The position numbers were made by a program, and so were the translations under genes. Source: Felis catus (taxonomy: Eukaryota). From it: DNA of 64,000 nucleotides. Where the stretch lies: contig NC_058368.1 in assembly GCF_018350175.1 (NCBI RefSeq), positions 214,212,001 to 214,276,000 on the forward strand. Direction: 5' to 3'. Under the pieces are notes generated by a model that worked only from the letters and a program-made list of their open reading frames with translations, had not been told where the DNA came from and searched no databases. Of this stretch, positions 25,530 to 38,676 are shown one piece after another; position 1 is the stretch's first letter, and each line of letters begins with the position of its first letter.

Positions 25530-26520
25530 CACTGGGCTGCTGAGTTCTGCGTTTAGCCACATCTTGTTAAATTCATGTATCAATGATGTGTATGAATACA
25601 TAGAATGTATGCTTATCAGATTTGCAAATGACCTGAGGCTGAGATGGATGGCAAATATATTAGATGACAGAATCAGAATCTGAAAACATTTTGACAAGCT
25701 TCCTTTAACAGGATGAAATTTAATACGGATAAAGGTAAAAGCTTACCTTAAAACAAAAAACAAAAAACAAAAAACTTTTCCTGATGAACAACTGCAAGTA
25801 GAAATGTGGAAGACTCTAAGAAAGGACCATTAGTGGTACAGCAGCCACACAGGCCAATGGAGTAGAAGGAAGGAGGTGAAGGTTGGCCCACTGGCATTGG
25901 TTAGACCATATCTGAAGTCTTGTGTGCAATTCTGGGTTCCACATTTTCAGAGAGATACAGGTGAATTAGAATGTGGTTAGAGGATGTCAAAGGGTCTTTT
26001 CTTTTTATTAATTTAATTTAGTTTAATTTAATTTAATTTAATTATTATATTAGAGAGAGAGAGAGACCGAGCATGAGCAAGGGAGGGGCAGAGAGATGGA
26101 GACAGAATGTGAAGCAGGCTCCAGTCTCTGAGCTGTTAGCAAAGAGACCCACATGGGGTTTGAACCCATGCGCAGTGAGATCTTGACCTGAGCCGAAGTC
26201 AGATGTCTAACCGACTGAGCCACCCAGGTGCCCCAAAGGGTCTTAAATTTATGCTGTGAAATGAATATTTTTCTATGATCAGATAAAATTCATAGGAAAT
26301 ATGTTGGTATTTTTTTTTTTTTTTTTTAACAGTGGAAGTACTATCATGAGGAAAAGAGATTTGTCTGGTATTGCACGTTGTCAAAGTTTTGACTAGCATT
26401 CGCTATCTGGAAGTTACAGGGAAAACAACTTTGGCTAACTCTAGGGAAAAACTTTTTAATAGCCAGCTTTTAATTAAGTCACGAATTGCCCAGGAAAACA
26501 TTGAGTTGTCCAATTTCTTT
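25530..26520 (+). mobile_element. L3/CR1 LINE remnant (RT region), interrupted by a Can-SINE
   Basis: Degenerate CR1 RT motifs: atgcttatcagatttgcaaatgac (MLIRFAND, cf. IKFADD), aggatgaaatttaat (RMKFN), ttggttagaccatatctg...tgtgtgcaattctgg (LVRP.L..CVQFW). Confidence 0.8.
25999..26234 (-). mobile_element. Can-SINE
   Basis: Full body with (ATTTA)n tail. TSD aaagggtctt at 25989-25998 and 26235-26244. Confidence 0.93.
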
Positions 26521-26559
26521 CCAAGAGAGGGAAAAATCCAATAAGGAGGAGGCTGCATG

Positions 26560-27672
26560 AAAACAACAGATACCACTACATACTTATTAGAATGGCTAAA
26601 ATCCAAAACACTGACAACACCAAATGCTGGCAAGGATGTAGAACAACGAGAACTCCTACTCAGTTCCGGTGGGAATGCAAAATGGTTTAACCACTTTGGA
26701 AGACAGCTTGGCAGTTTCTTGCAAAACTAAATATATACTGTTATCATACCACCCAGACACCATGTTCTTTGCTGTTTACCCAAATGAGTGGAAAACTTAT
26801 GTCCACACAAAAACATGCACTCAAATGTTTATAACAGCTCTATTCGTAATTGCCAAAACTCAGATGCAACCAAGATGTACTTCTCAAGGTGAATGGATAA
26901 ACAAACTGTGGTACGTCCAGTTTTCATTTATAAATAAAATGATAATAACAAAAAGTATTAAAAAGAAATGAGTTATCAAGCCATTAAAAGACACAGAAGT
27001 ACCTTAAATGCATTTTGCTAAGTGAAAAAAAGTCAATCTGAAAGGGCCACCAGTATATCACATTTTGGAAAAGATAAAACCATGAAACACTGAAAAGATC
27101 AATGGTTGGCAGAGGTTGAATGGAAGGTGGGATACAGGGGATTTTTAGAACAGTGGTTTCCATATTATTATTTTGCTTACTCTGTATGATATTATAATGG
27201 TGGATACATGGAATTATATATTTGTCAAAACCCACAGAATGTATAACACCAAGAGTGAACCCTAATGTAAACTATGCAGTTTGGGTGACAATGATGTGTC
27301 AGTGTAGGTTCATGAATTGTAACAAATGTACCACACTAATGCAAGATATTAACGATAGGGGAAACTGTGTGTGGGAGATGGGGGGTGATGGGGGCATATG
27401 GGAACTCTATATACTTTCTTTTTTTTTAATGTTTATTTATTTTTGACAGAGAGACAGAGCATGAGCAGGGGAGGGGCAGAGAGAGAGGGAGACACAGAAT
27501 CCAAAGCAGGCTCCAGGCTCTGAGCTGTCGGGCACAGAGCCCGACATGGGGCCTGAACCCACAGACTGTGAGACCATGACCCGAGCCGAAGTCGGACGCT
27601 CAACCAACCGAACCACCCAGGCACCCCTCTATATACTTTCTATAAACCTAGAACTGCTCTTTAAAAAAAAAG
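26560..27672 (+). mobile_element. LINE-1 ORF2 end plus 3' UTR (L1MC-like), interrupted by a SINE
   Basis: agaatggctaaaatccaaaacactgacaacaccaaatgctggcaaggatg; ORF 26669 has ORF2-like KTYVHTKTCTQMFITALFVIAK; 3' UTR related to 21238-21878. Confidence 0.88.
27420..27627 (-). mobile_element. Can-SINE nested in L1
   Basis: TSD tctatatactttct at 27406-27419 and 27628-27641. Confidence 0.95.
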
Positions 27673-28082
27673 GATACATGAGTTAGTGATGAGGTAGGGC
27701 ATAGTGACTGGGATCTACTGGCCTGAGGCTTTTCCTGTGGCATCTAATAAGGGTCTGTAGAGATTACAGTGAGGAAGAGAACTGACCTCAGTAGCAGAGG
27801 AGCAGTTTCCAGTGTCGGGTGTAAAGGACACTTGGAAAGCATAGAGGGGAACTGCAAAATAAAAAGGAGTTTCAGGCAACAGGAGAGTAAGACTCCAAGG
27901 TAGAGTGTCAGGCAACAGGAGAGTAAGACTCTAAGATGGAAAACAAAGACATTAGCGAGTTCTCATGGCTTCTGGAGTCTGGTGTAGGACAGCTGGTTCA
28001 AAGGCATAAAGAGTGGCTGACCTTGAACTTCCTGTCTCTGGAGGAATTTACAATAAACTGGGGACTACTTTCTGGAAATGCT

Positions 28083-28230
28083 ACACACACATAGACACAG
28101 ACACACACAAATATGTATATATACACACATATGCATATACGTACCCACATGTATGCATACATAATTGTATACAGACACGTGTACACCATATATACACACA
28201 TATATTTATATGTAAATGCATATACACATA
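28083..28230. repeat. (CA/TA)n low-complexity tract
   Basis: Degenerate dinucleotide repeats. Confidence 0.85.
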
Positions 28231-28492
28231 AATAAGGATAATTTTAGATACTGAGAAACACTATTAAGAATATAAAATAGATCTATGTGATGGAAATAAC
28301 ACTGGCAGGGTGGAGGGAGATGAGCTTTATTAGGGATAGTCAGGCAAGGTCCTTTATGGAGTAGGTAGACATTGGAGCTGATACCTGAAAGATGCAAAGA
28401 AAGCAGATATGATAAGGACTCAAAAAATAACACTGAAGCAAAACTACATATTTTTACATTTAATTGTTAATATTCTATTAGTTTCCTTTGGA

Positions 28493-28605
28493 GTGTGTGT
28501 GTGTGTACATGTGTGTGTTATGTGTGTGTGTATGTGTGTGTTATGGAGTGTGTGTGTACATACATGTGTGTGTATGTTATGGAGTGTGTGTGTGTATGTG
28601 TGTGT
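28493..28605. repeat. Degenerate (TG)n microsatellite
   Basis: TG repeats with recurring ttatggag interruptions. Confidence 0.9.
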
Positions 28606-28737
28606 TCTGCCGTTAGTAAGGGAGAAGGGAAAGTATTTAGAAAGCAAAGGAAGAAAAGACAAAAATAGAAACCAAGCTATTTCAAGGTTTGAACTCAAGA
28701 ATTTTACAAAAGGTGTTTAGAAAAACATAGCACTCTA

Positions 28738-28966
28738 GGGGCACCTGGGTTGGCTCAGTTGGTTAAGCATCCAACTCTTGATTTCAGCTCAGGTCATGAC
28801 CTCATGGTCTTGAGATTGAGCCCTGTGTTGGGCTCCGCGCTGGGTGTGGAGCCTGCTTAAAAGATTCTCTCTGTCCCTTTCCCTTTACCACTCCCCTCCC
28901 CAGTTGCACTCATTCTCAAAAAACAAAAACAAAATCAAAATCAAAAACAAAAACAAAAACAAAAAA
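28738..28966 (+). mobile_element. Can-SINE, older subfamily
   Basis: ggggcacctgggttggctcagttggttaagc head and (AAAAAC)n tail. Confidence 0.92.
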
Positions 28967-31900
28967 TGTGGGACTCTAGTACTTACCAAGAATGACAATA
29001 GATCATTTTTCTCGTAATGGATCTGAAGAATAGCTTCCTACCTAGCCTGGGAAAATTTGATTACTTTCTCAAGTTAAAAAAACATAAGCAAGAATTGTGA
29101 TAATAGTTTGGGACAAAAATTTTTAAAAGTAAAAAACCTTTTTTGGATGAATTATCTACCACAAACTATGTATCTCTCAGAGTAAAACATTTATTTGTGA
29201 GCATGGCCTTTTTTTTTTTTTTTTCTGGTAAAAGAGGTGACAGAAAAAGGGTATGGTTAGAAGCACTGTGAAATGACCAAACTGTGCACACACTGGGGCA
29301 CATGTCTTTTGCTTCTTATGGTCCTGGGGGAGATGTGAAGAGATGAAACACATTCAGTCATGCATACAGGCTTTGTGAATGTACGTAGGTCTAGAACAGC
29401 TATGAGAGAAGAACGAAGTGAGAACAGGGAGTAGCAGGAGAGACATAGGGGTGATGGAGAGCATGATAGTAGAACAGCCTAGGACAGAAGAGAATGGAGA
29501 GAGAGAGAGAGGAGAGAGACACACGACTCCCTGTAATGTGATCTGGGAGAGAATATTTAAGCCATGAACTTATCAAAAGATTTATGAATGGGTCACCCAT
29601 GATCTGGTAATGACCAGTGCAAACGTGCAGTTGTCTTAAGTAATGTCGCCTGTAAGAAGTCAAAAGTGTCATGTTCTCTCCTCTTTCAAGTTTATGTGTC
29701 TTCTCCCCATGTTCTTTTTCCGTGAAAAGGCAGATACTCATCAGGCTTATGATGTGCTATTACACCTGTTTAAAGGTCTAGCCAAGATTTTGGTTGGTGG
29801 CCTTCAAAATGTTTGCCCATGACTCTTCAAATCTCTCAGGCTGCAGTTGAGAATCGTTGAAGAGCTGTTGTACATGGTAGACCATGGGGCTTTTCTGTTG
29901 CTTTCGGAGTTCCACCTCTGCAACTTCTGTCAGGCAGTTTCACTCCATGTCATACATCTGCAAAGTCAAATTCAAGGAAACCCATTCACCACAGTGAAAT
30001 TCAGTAATAATTTAAGCGGATATACTTGAGCACAAAAGGATTTATTTTGGTGTGTTTTTAGGGCTTGGTACAACACACTGATACAAAAATACTAAATCAC
30101 CAGGAAAAAAAAGTACTATTGTAAAGGATGTGAGAAGGGAAAAAAGAACAAAGGACTTTTCTCCAATCAAATGCAAATGAAAATGACCCGCAAGATTCTG
30201 AAAACACTCTTTCTCCTGACAATGAACATTTTCATGCGGTGAAATCCATTTTTGAGACTCATTAGCAAACGCTGTGATCTTGCTTATTTTGTATAGCAGC
30301 GTCTGGTTATTTCAAATTGATTAGGAGACCTCTGATGTGGGAGAGCGAATCACTGAACTACCCCAGGTATTTCTGTAATTGGTTATCATGCTTAATTACA
30401 AATGTTTCAGCACAGCCAATTTATTCTGGAGCAGATTTTCCTTGCCTTTCCGCTGCTGCTCCTGCCAGTGCTGTTTTCTGTTTTCAGGGAGAGAGAAGAG
30501 AGAGAGTGAGAGAAAGCGTGTGCACGCAAATTAACCTTCTCCTGGGCATGTTTTGGTTCTAAAAAAAGCAGATTAATGGATTGATAGATTCATTCAAGGT
30601 ATTCTATCAATAGCAGTAGTTAAAAAGGAAAAAAAAATGGAAACATGTGTATTGGTTTATAGTGGGAGGTCACTCGTTGCAAACTGTTACCAATCCTCCC
30701 TGGTTCTATTATTTCCATTAACTAGTGCTGAGAGCAGGAAGTTCAGTGCTCTCATCTCTCTCACCCTGCCACGGTGCTGGCTGACCTTCATGTATTCAAT
30801 CCACTTGCTCCTGAGCTCATCAGAAATAAATGGACTAGAATAGAACAGAATATGGCTCCACATCGAGCTATTCATCGTCTGGTGATCCTGAAGACCTGAG
30901 TAACTGGCTAGTTGTGCTGATGTCCTGGGCTACGGACGGGGCACACATTACATTCTCCACACTCTCTCATTCACAGCCTGGGGCATTCCAGAGTCCAGTA
31001 ATGGGAGGTGGGACTCTGGCCAGGGTCCTGGCATTGTGCCTCCTGCCTCAGCCCTTCTGTGAGGATCTGCGTGAACTTTGCAGCACCAAAGAGAGCTAGC
31101 AAGACCCTGAGTGTGATATCTCATGATCTGAATGAGACTTAGGAATATGTGGACAGTGTTTTTTCCTGGGCCATCCCTTCTGAAGACTACACATCACCTA
31201 ATAAGATATGTCTTCTTATCTGTGAAACAACAGATACTTGCGGTACAAAAGCAGAACATGCATTATTTGATGTCCACTTTGATTTCTGTCTAAGACTTTC
31301 AGATTTAAAGAGTGTTGTCATTATTATCTTAAGAACTGAAGTAAACTTTCAAATAAAAGTAGGTTCTAAAAAAAAAAATCCTGTTGCTAAAGAATGGGAG
31401 GGGTTAGATTTGATCCAGTTTAATTCCCCATTGGTGAAATTTACTGGATATCTGTGGGAAATTATTTAAATAATGGTGCTGGGATGGCTCCTTGAAATAA
31501 GTTAGGTTAATTTACCTTCCAGATGATAGAGATCAAAAGAAGTCAAGGTCAGAAGTGGTACAGCTGCAACCAGAATCCAGCTTTACTTCAGGTGATAAAA
31601 AAAAAAAAAAAAGTTTTCTGTTTTCTCTGTATTCTCCCAAACCAGCATCCTCCTTATGTCAGGAATTTTCTGTCCCTGTAGAGTGATATCATTTTGTTTT
31701 TGTTGCCACGATATACAGGAATTGTTGATGATAATATGGAATATAATTAATTATAAGGAATTACATTTTTCATTTTTCAGTGTTGATTTCAGAATCTGGT
31801 GAAATTTGAGTTTGATTCTTTAACATTTGAGTACACAGAGGAAGTACTTGTCTTCTGTGGCAAAGATATCTATTTTATAGTCTCTGGTATTTACTATCAG

Positions 31901-33129
31901 CACTTTAGTAAACTTCTGTAAATCATTATTGAGGGTGAGAATTAATTTTAAGAAAAGTAGCCATTGGCAACGTTCACATAAATGTGTGAGAAAAACATTC
32001 CAAATGGGGATTTTATAGTCACTGAAGGAAAAAGCTCTTCTGTTATATTAGAGCTGCCAAAAGAATTCAGAACTCGAAAGATCCAAATGACAGCAAAGCA
32101 GATTGAAGCCGCTCTTCCCTCTACATTCTCCTTTCTTTATGCATTCAGGGCTCTGCATCAAGAAAACTTACATGCAAGGGGTGCAGAACAGATCCAATTA
32201 TACAGAGCTCTAGCTAATGTCTGATGCTTTAAGTACTTTTCAGAATTTTTGTAGATCTCTATAGAACCATCTCTCAATTTCTCAAAGTAATGAGGAAATC
32301 CTTGGAATACATTACCCCAAAACCCATAGAAAGAAGTAATTAGCATTCATTACCAATTTTATTTCAATGGCTAATTGCCCTTCATACCCATATATTGATA
32401 CAAAAAACTGGACAGTCAAGTAGCATTTAGTATCATTTATTATATGGATATGGAGAGAATGGTTAAAAGGAAGTTTTTGCTGCTCCAAAAAATCTGCAAA
32501 AATTTGCACATAGTTTGATAGAGTGCTGTGATTCATTGAAAACCTGACCTGACACCGGTGAGTGGAATGGGCAGAGGAAGGTTCTTGATTGGTAGGATGG
32601 ATACCATTGCATTTGAGGAGTAGGAAAGGAGTGGCCGTGAGGTGAAGGGGGTGATGTGGCACTTGTATGTATGTATGTGTGGTCTCACACCTGCGATGGG
32701 CCTAAATGAGCGTAGACAAAAGTTTGAGACACTTTGGTGTGAGTGTCCCCTGAGAATGATGAATTAGGCAAATTTCTATTTGAGGGGCATACTTCTAGAT
32801 TTTCTATTCTGTCTTAGAAAGCAGAAGACCCCACTAATCTTTGAAACACCAGAGGGCTGCAGATGTCCATAAAATTACCTCATCTCATTCTGGCCCCCTT
32901 GCATTATGGCCCCCTTGCATTACAGGATAGGAAAAAAAAAGAATATATTTGATATTTTGACTCATGGAAAATTTCTGGAGCTCTCTTATAAGCTGAGCAC
33001 TGTCCCAGGAGCTTTTGCTTGCGTATTGGGGCCCAAGCAACAGAAAACACACTAAAAATAGGAAATTTGGGAAGGATATAATAATAGGATAATTAAAAAA
33101 ATGTGTGGGTTTTATGTAAAAGAACCATA

Positions 33130-33480
33130 AGAGCTTGTGAGTCATCTCAGGGCTAGTAAGAATAGAATTGGAATGTCTTTATTACCCTTAGGCCTGAGTG
33201 GCAGTTGGAACTCAGAGAGAGGACTGAGTGTCAGGGGTTCTAGCTCACAGGAGGGATACGGAATAGTAGGCCTTTAGAGAAAGAGTTGGGGGAGTTAAGT
33301 ACCTACCCCCAACTCTCCTTCCTCCATCACACCTTATGCTGGGACTTTCTATTAGCTGAACTCAATTAGAAAAGGGAGAGAAAGGGAGCTCGTTGATGCA
33401 GTCTGTTGTGGGTCAACATCTTAGTGGAGAGGTCAGCGTATAGAGGGAGGTCAATAGAAAGAGAATGTCCTGAGAATGTT
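33130..33480. mobile_element. Old ERVL LTR fragment (LTR33-like)
   Basis: aagggagctcgttgatgcagtc resembles the recalled LTR33 motif. Boundaries are approximate. Confidence 0.45.
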
Positions 33481-33521
33481 GAGGATGCATGCTTTCTCTT
33501 ATTTCATTGCTCAAACAGCCC

Positions 33522-33524
<3 letters not shown>

Positions 33525-33582
<58 letters not shown>

Positions 33583-33587
33583 ATGTA
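33525..33587. repeat. (TG)n(TATG)n compound microsatellite
   Basis: Read directly; it abuts a SINE tail. Confidence 0.95.
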
Positions 33588-33710
33588 TTTTAAGGAGGCT
33601 CCATACCCAGTGTGAAGCTCAGCATGGGATTTCAACTCATGACCCTGAGATCAAGACCTGAGCTGAGATCAAGAGTTGGATTCTTAACTGACTGAGCCAC
33701 CCAGGCACCT
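33588..33710 (-). mobile_element. Short Can-SINE
   Basis: ctgagatcaagacctgagctgagatcaagagt...ctgagccacccaggcacc. Confidence 0.88.
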
Positions 33711-34146
33711 TGGGCATGGGTTTTAGTTGCAAACAACAGAAACCAACTATAGCTGGCTTAAGCAGGAAAGGATTTAGAGAGCCTTCTGGAATCCCTGGGA
33801 CACCTGTTAAACCAGGTTCTGGGAGAACACCACTGCTGCTTACCTGGGTTTGCATCAGAGACACTATTGCTGCTGCTACTACAGCAAGTGCTAATTTTGC
33901 CTTCACAGCCAGAGATTCTTCCTCATGGACCATTTTTCTTGTTTCACCAGCTGCTGATTTAAAACTGGGGTGGGTGCCTAAGACTGGCAGACTCTTGACT
34001 GAGGTGGAGGAGTGAGTACTTGGCATCATTAGCTTTCTATAGAGAGGTTCAGTACTTCTCACAAGAATTTTTAGGTGAAGAATGCTCCAAATTTAGGAAC
34101 TAGGTTCCAGTGATGGGTGTCCAAAAAGCATGTCAGATGTCACTAC
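33711..34146. mobile_element. MLT1-type (ERVL-MaLR) solo LTR
   Basis: agttgcaaacaacagaaaccaactatagctggcttaagcaggaaaggattta start and ...atgtcactaca end. Confidence 0.65.
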
Positions 34147-34479
34147 ATGTGGGTTTTATTAGCCCCATTCTGTAGATGAAGATCAGGTTCAGAGAGGCTA
34201 AAAAACTTGCCAAATTTATAGCTTTAGTTGAGAGTCAAACCGTAAGAGCAAGTTTTGGCTCTTTCTACTATGTCAAAATTTCTCTCAACTCTTTCAGATA
34301 ATTCAATCTGATTTCCACTTTAGTGAATTCGTTTTATTCGTTTTCTTTTAAAGACAGCACTGGATAGTTTTTTGAAAGTGCAAATGATTCTCAAGTTAAC
34401 TTGGATGAAGAAATATATGAGAAATACATAAAAAAAGGAATAGTGAGAGGAGACATGTTTTCTGAGTATTAACATATAA

Positions 34480-35690
34480 TAGAATGCTGTAGTGATAGGA
34501 ATGGCGTGGTATAGGTAGAGATATACAGATTAACACTCGATTGGAAGTGCCAAAAATAGAGGCCCAGAAGTATAATACTGAAGTGTGTGATAAAAGTGGA
34601 ATTTTAATACAGTGGAGGGAAGGGTAGATGCTATCATCAGTTTGTTGGGACACCCTGCTGACCATTTGATTAAAAAATTACATCATATACTAATTGAATT
34701 CCAAATGCATTAAATGTTTTAGTATGAAAAAGAACAAAAGAAAATGTAGGCAGATAGTTATGTAATCTTGTTCTGTGTGAAGTGTTTTTAAGTATGGCAC
34801 CAAAGTGAAGAAGACAGAAAAAACTATTGCTAGACTGGAGTATGTGAAAAGTAAACATTACTCCCTGGCAATCACAATATGACAAACAGCCACCTGGAAA
34901 AACACCTGCAAAATATATAAAATAAAAGAGCTAATATTCTTGGTACGAATAGAGAAACATTCACAGAAGAAGACATGATATGGCCAATTAACATATGGAA
35001 GGATATTAATCTCATTTGTAATCAAATGAATTCATCTTTCAACAAAATTAGAAATTAAAGCAATTAACAATATCCAAGGTAGGCAAGAATGTGTGTGTAT
35101 GTGCTTTTTATTTTATACTTTCTTACTGGGATCAAAATTGGATAAGTTTCTTTGGAGAGTTATTTGACATTATAGACTAAAACTCTTTAAAACACAATAC
35201 CCTTTGTTGAAAAAGCTTCACTTCCAGGAATTTTTCATCTTGAAATAGTTCAAGAAACATAAATTATGTAGAGATGAAATTTGTAATAGAAAAAATTTTA
35301 TTTATTAGAATGTATTTTCTTAATAGAAAAAATTAGGAAAAAAGCTACTAATTATTCATAAACTGGGGATGCTAAATCATACACATTTATAAAGTGAAAT
35401 AGTACTTAGTCATGAGAAGGCACATATCTATGGATATCAAAAGAGACCCATGATATATTTTCAGTTGGAAAAAATAGGGTATAAAATACTATGAATAGCA
35501 TATGTAATGTTTGTAAGAAAAGAACTTTATGTATAGAAAAACTGAGAAGATTATGCTCTAAATTGTAAACAGTGATTTTGTCTCACTAGCAGCATCTGAA
35601 ATAATGTTATCATCATGTTAGTTATCACGTTGGTTTTCCTTTATCCATTTTGACATTTTCCAATTATTTTATGATTAAACATTGATAAAC
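34480..35690 (+). mobile_element. Old degenerate LINE-1 (L1ME-like)
   Basis: A-rich with ORF2-end remnants (tgataaaagtggaattttaatacagtgg; acattcacagaagaagacat...atggccaattaacatatg). Confidence 0.65.
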
Positions 35691-35825
35691 ATAAAAAACA
35701 AAAAAAACCTGTTTATGTTTTGAAAAACAAGTAAAAGATACATATATTACATACATACATTAAGCAACATATAAAGACTAGTTTCCATGGTCTCATTTTA
35801 CATGATTTTTTTTTAGTGTAATTGG

Positions 35826-35827
<2 letters not shown>

Positions 35828-35873
<46 letters not shown>

Positions 35874-35898
35874 GAGAGAGAGAGAGATTGAGAGAGAG
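35828..35898. repeat. (TG)n followed by (GA)n microsatellite
   Basis: Read directly. Confidence 0.95.
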
Positions 35899-38465
35899 TA
35901 AGAAAAGGGTAGAAAGAGGCAAGGAGGAGAGAAACATGGAGAATATAATGATTTGTCCTAATTTTCAATCCTCAGATGATGTGGAGGGAGAGAATTGATC
36001 ACTGTAACCTGAACCTAAATCCTGCTTTGATCACAAGACCTTTCTTAATTCTAAAGGACTACGTTATAGGTGAGATTAGGTTTGATTATCACTTTGGTCC
36101 TGTAGAGAGCCATAGGGCCTCATATCTGAAAATGAAGAGACTTCTGTATTCAGGGCTCTTCTGAAACCTAAGTGGCTTTTATAAGGATGGGCTGTGGATA
36201 CAGAGAAGGAAGAGAATAGCTTACAAGGAAGAAATAAAAGAGAAAAATGGAAAGGAAATAACATGTATAGAGAGGAACAGGAAATAGAGCCCATAAGGAA
36301 AATAAAGGACACAGTCAGACAATTAAAAAAAGGAGAAGCTAGTTTAAGTTTCCTCATAGAGTACCAATCTTAGAATGGATCACAGTGATCTACTCTAACC
36401 TGTTCTTAGTACAGTTGAGGAAGCTGAGGCCCCAAGAATTTAGGTGGCTTGCTCAAAGCCATTTGATTAGTCCACCCAGATCTGAGACTGGAATTTAGGT
36501 CTTCTATCCCCCAACCCAGTGATGTTTCTACTAGCACGTAGTTCTTTCAGGAGGTATTAGATCAGCAAGATCATCATTAATTAATGACATTAGTGTGGAA
36601 CAGATGTGGGCATTAGTACAGAAAGATGACTGATAATCTCAGGAGTTTGAGATTGCTTCTTTTTGTGGATTTTGCTACTTTTTGCTACTTTTTATTGCTA
36701 ATTTTGTAAAATTTAGTGTTTTCTTTTTTTCCCTAAAACAGAATGTTGTATTTAGGAAAGTATCTTTCAATGAGAGGGTTCTAAAAAGACAAATAGAGCT
36801 AATTTTCCAAATAGTTGAATAATACTCTATGAGGGTCACAAATAATAGAGACCTGATGATCATAACACTTATTTTTCTTAAGCAAGTATTTTCACGTTTT
36901 CTGTTGGAAAAGATTAAAGGACCAATACTCAAGAGACAACTTCAAGAGGCAAGTCAGCATTTTTGACCAACTTTCTCTCTTTGCATATAGGCAACACACA
37001 GCAAGAACAGCAGCAAAGGGATTTGCCAAGTGAAAGGAAAGAACATTTGAAGCAAGAGAGAAATAATTTCCTAGCAAGAAGGGCTATGTGGTGATGGTTC
37101 AGCTGGTGATCCATTATGCCTGTTAAGAGGCCAAAGAGAACTGTAGATCTCTCAGGTCCACGGGGGCAGAGGCAAGGGAATAAGTTGAAGGGAACACCGG
37201 AAAAAATGAAGTGCCTTAACAGCTGAAAAAGGCTGATGGATGTGCTCCGCACCTCAGAAGACAGAGCTCCCAGCAGGAGAATAAAGAGTGCAACAGAGCA
37301 GAGCCTGCTAGAACCACACAGTTAGGGAACTGATCCTCTAATAACCTCCCGTTTCAGGAGTTTATAATGTGCTATAAAAACCCTCTGTCTCTAGACTAAA
37401 ACCTGGCACGACCACACTTAACTGCATTTTACTGCCATCACACAAATCCCCGATTTGCTGTTACTTTCTCTTAAATAGGGCTGGATCTATTTTCAGCATT
37501 GCAGGTGCCAAGATGTTTTGTAAAAATTCTCCGTGGAGAATGGATTTGATTTTTAAAATGCAGAAACTGGATTTCAATTCTTAAATTGAAATGCTGGACT
37601 AGGCACCAAGGACATTTTGATTAAATCATGCCTATGTTCAGGCTATTAATTCCAGCTCGGATGGTGTCCGTAGATACAGAAAACTACTTGAAAAGCAGAG
37701 ATATTCAGAGTCTTCAATGGGTGAAGGTCATCCAATAGCTAACTCTTCTCGGTGGCCTTCATAACAAAATTTCAAGAAGCTTTTACTTCTCACACATATT
37801 GGCAGTTCTGTTTACTTCCTGTGAAGAGGAAATGAAATATTTTGTAGAAGAGTCTATTGATACTTAAAAAAATAGGCCCAATAATAGACATAGTATTTAC
37901 GTGTACATTTCAAATATTGCAACCACCAGTAGTAATGAGTGTTCTAATGCCTTCACCTGACTTAGTTTTATTTCAGTGGTTGGTTACAAGTCATGATCTA
38001 TCCATTCTATGCTAACCAGAATATTCTATGCTAACTAAAACAGGCTGACTAGAATTCCAGTTAAGTTAAATGACTGTGTACAGTCAAATTCAGAATCAGA
38101 AATAAAAGGTCATTGTATCTTTCCTTTTCTACGTCATTCTCTATAATTAGAATACATTCTAATGTATTCACTAATTTCCAATTATTTCTTCCTAGGTACA
38201 CAGGATATGCTACCAAGTATAGGAGAAAAAAGGCTGCCATCATGGAAGCATAGTAAAGTAAAACCCACACTTAACTGTTTAGAGAACCAAAGGCCTAATT
38301 AAACAATTTAGAATATTTTATAGTTTCTCAGATTTGTTCCTGAAAAAAGGGTCACTTTGATAGTCCAGCTGTTCCAGCTAATTATTTTCAAAGTGAACTG
38401 CTATTTGCTCTTGCTTCTATTGGTTTATTTACTTTCAAGTTAGAGGTCCAGCTTCAAGCTGATAT

Positions 38466-38676
38466 AAAAAAAAATTTTTTTTTAAATGGTTATTTTTTGA
38501 GAGAGAGAGAGAGAAAAACAGCATGAATGGGGGTGTGGCAGCACAGAATCCGAAGCAGGCTCCAGGCTTTGAGCTGTCAGCATAGAGCCTCACACAGGGG
38601 CTCGAATTCATGAACTGCAAGGTCATGACCTGAGCTGAAGGTGGATGCTTAACCGACTGAGCCACCCAGGTGCCCC
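38466..38676 (-). mobile_element. Can-SINE
   Basis: TSD tcaagc(t/c)gatat at 38454-38465 and 38678-38689. Confidence 0.92.

Noticed and set aside
33637..34062. 141-aa minus-strand ORF with a hydrophobic stretch
   Set aside because: It lies within an MLT1 LTR and a SINE, and there is no gene context.
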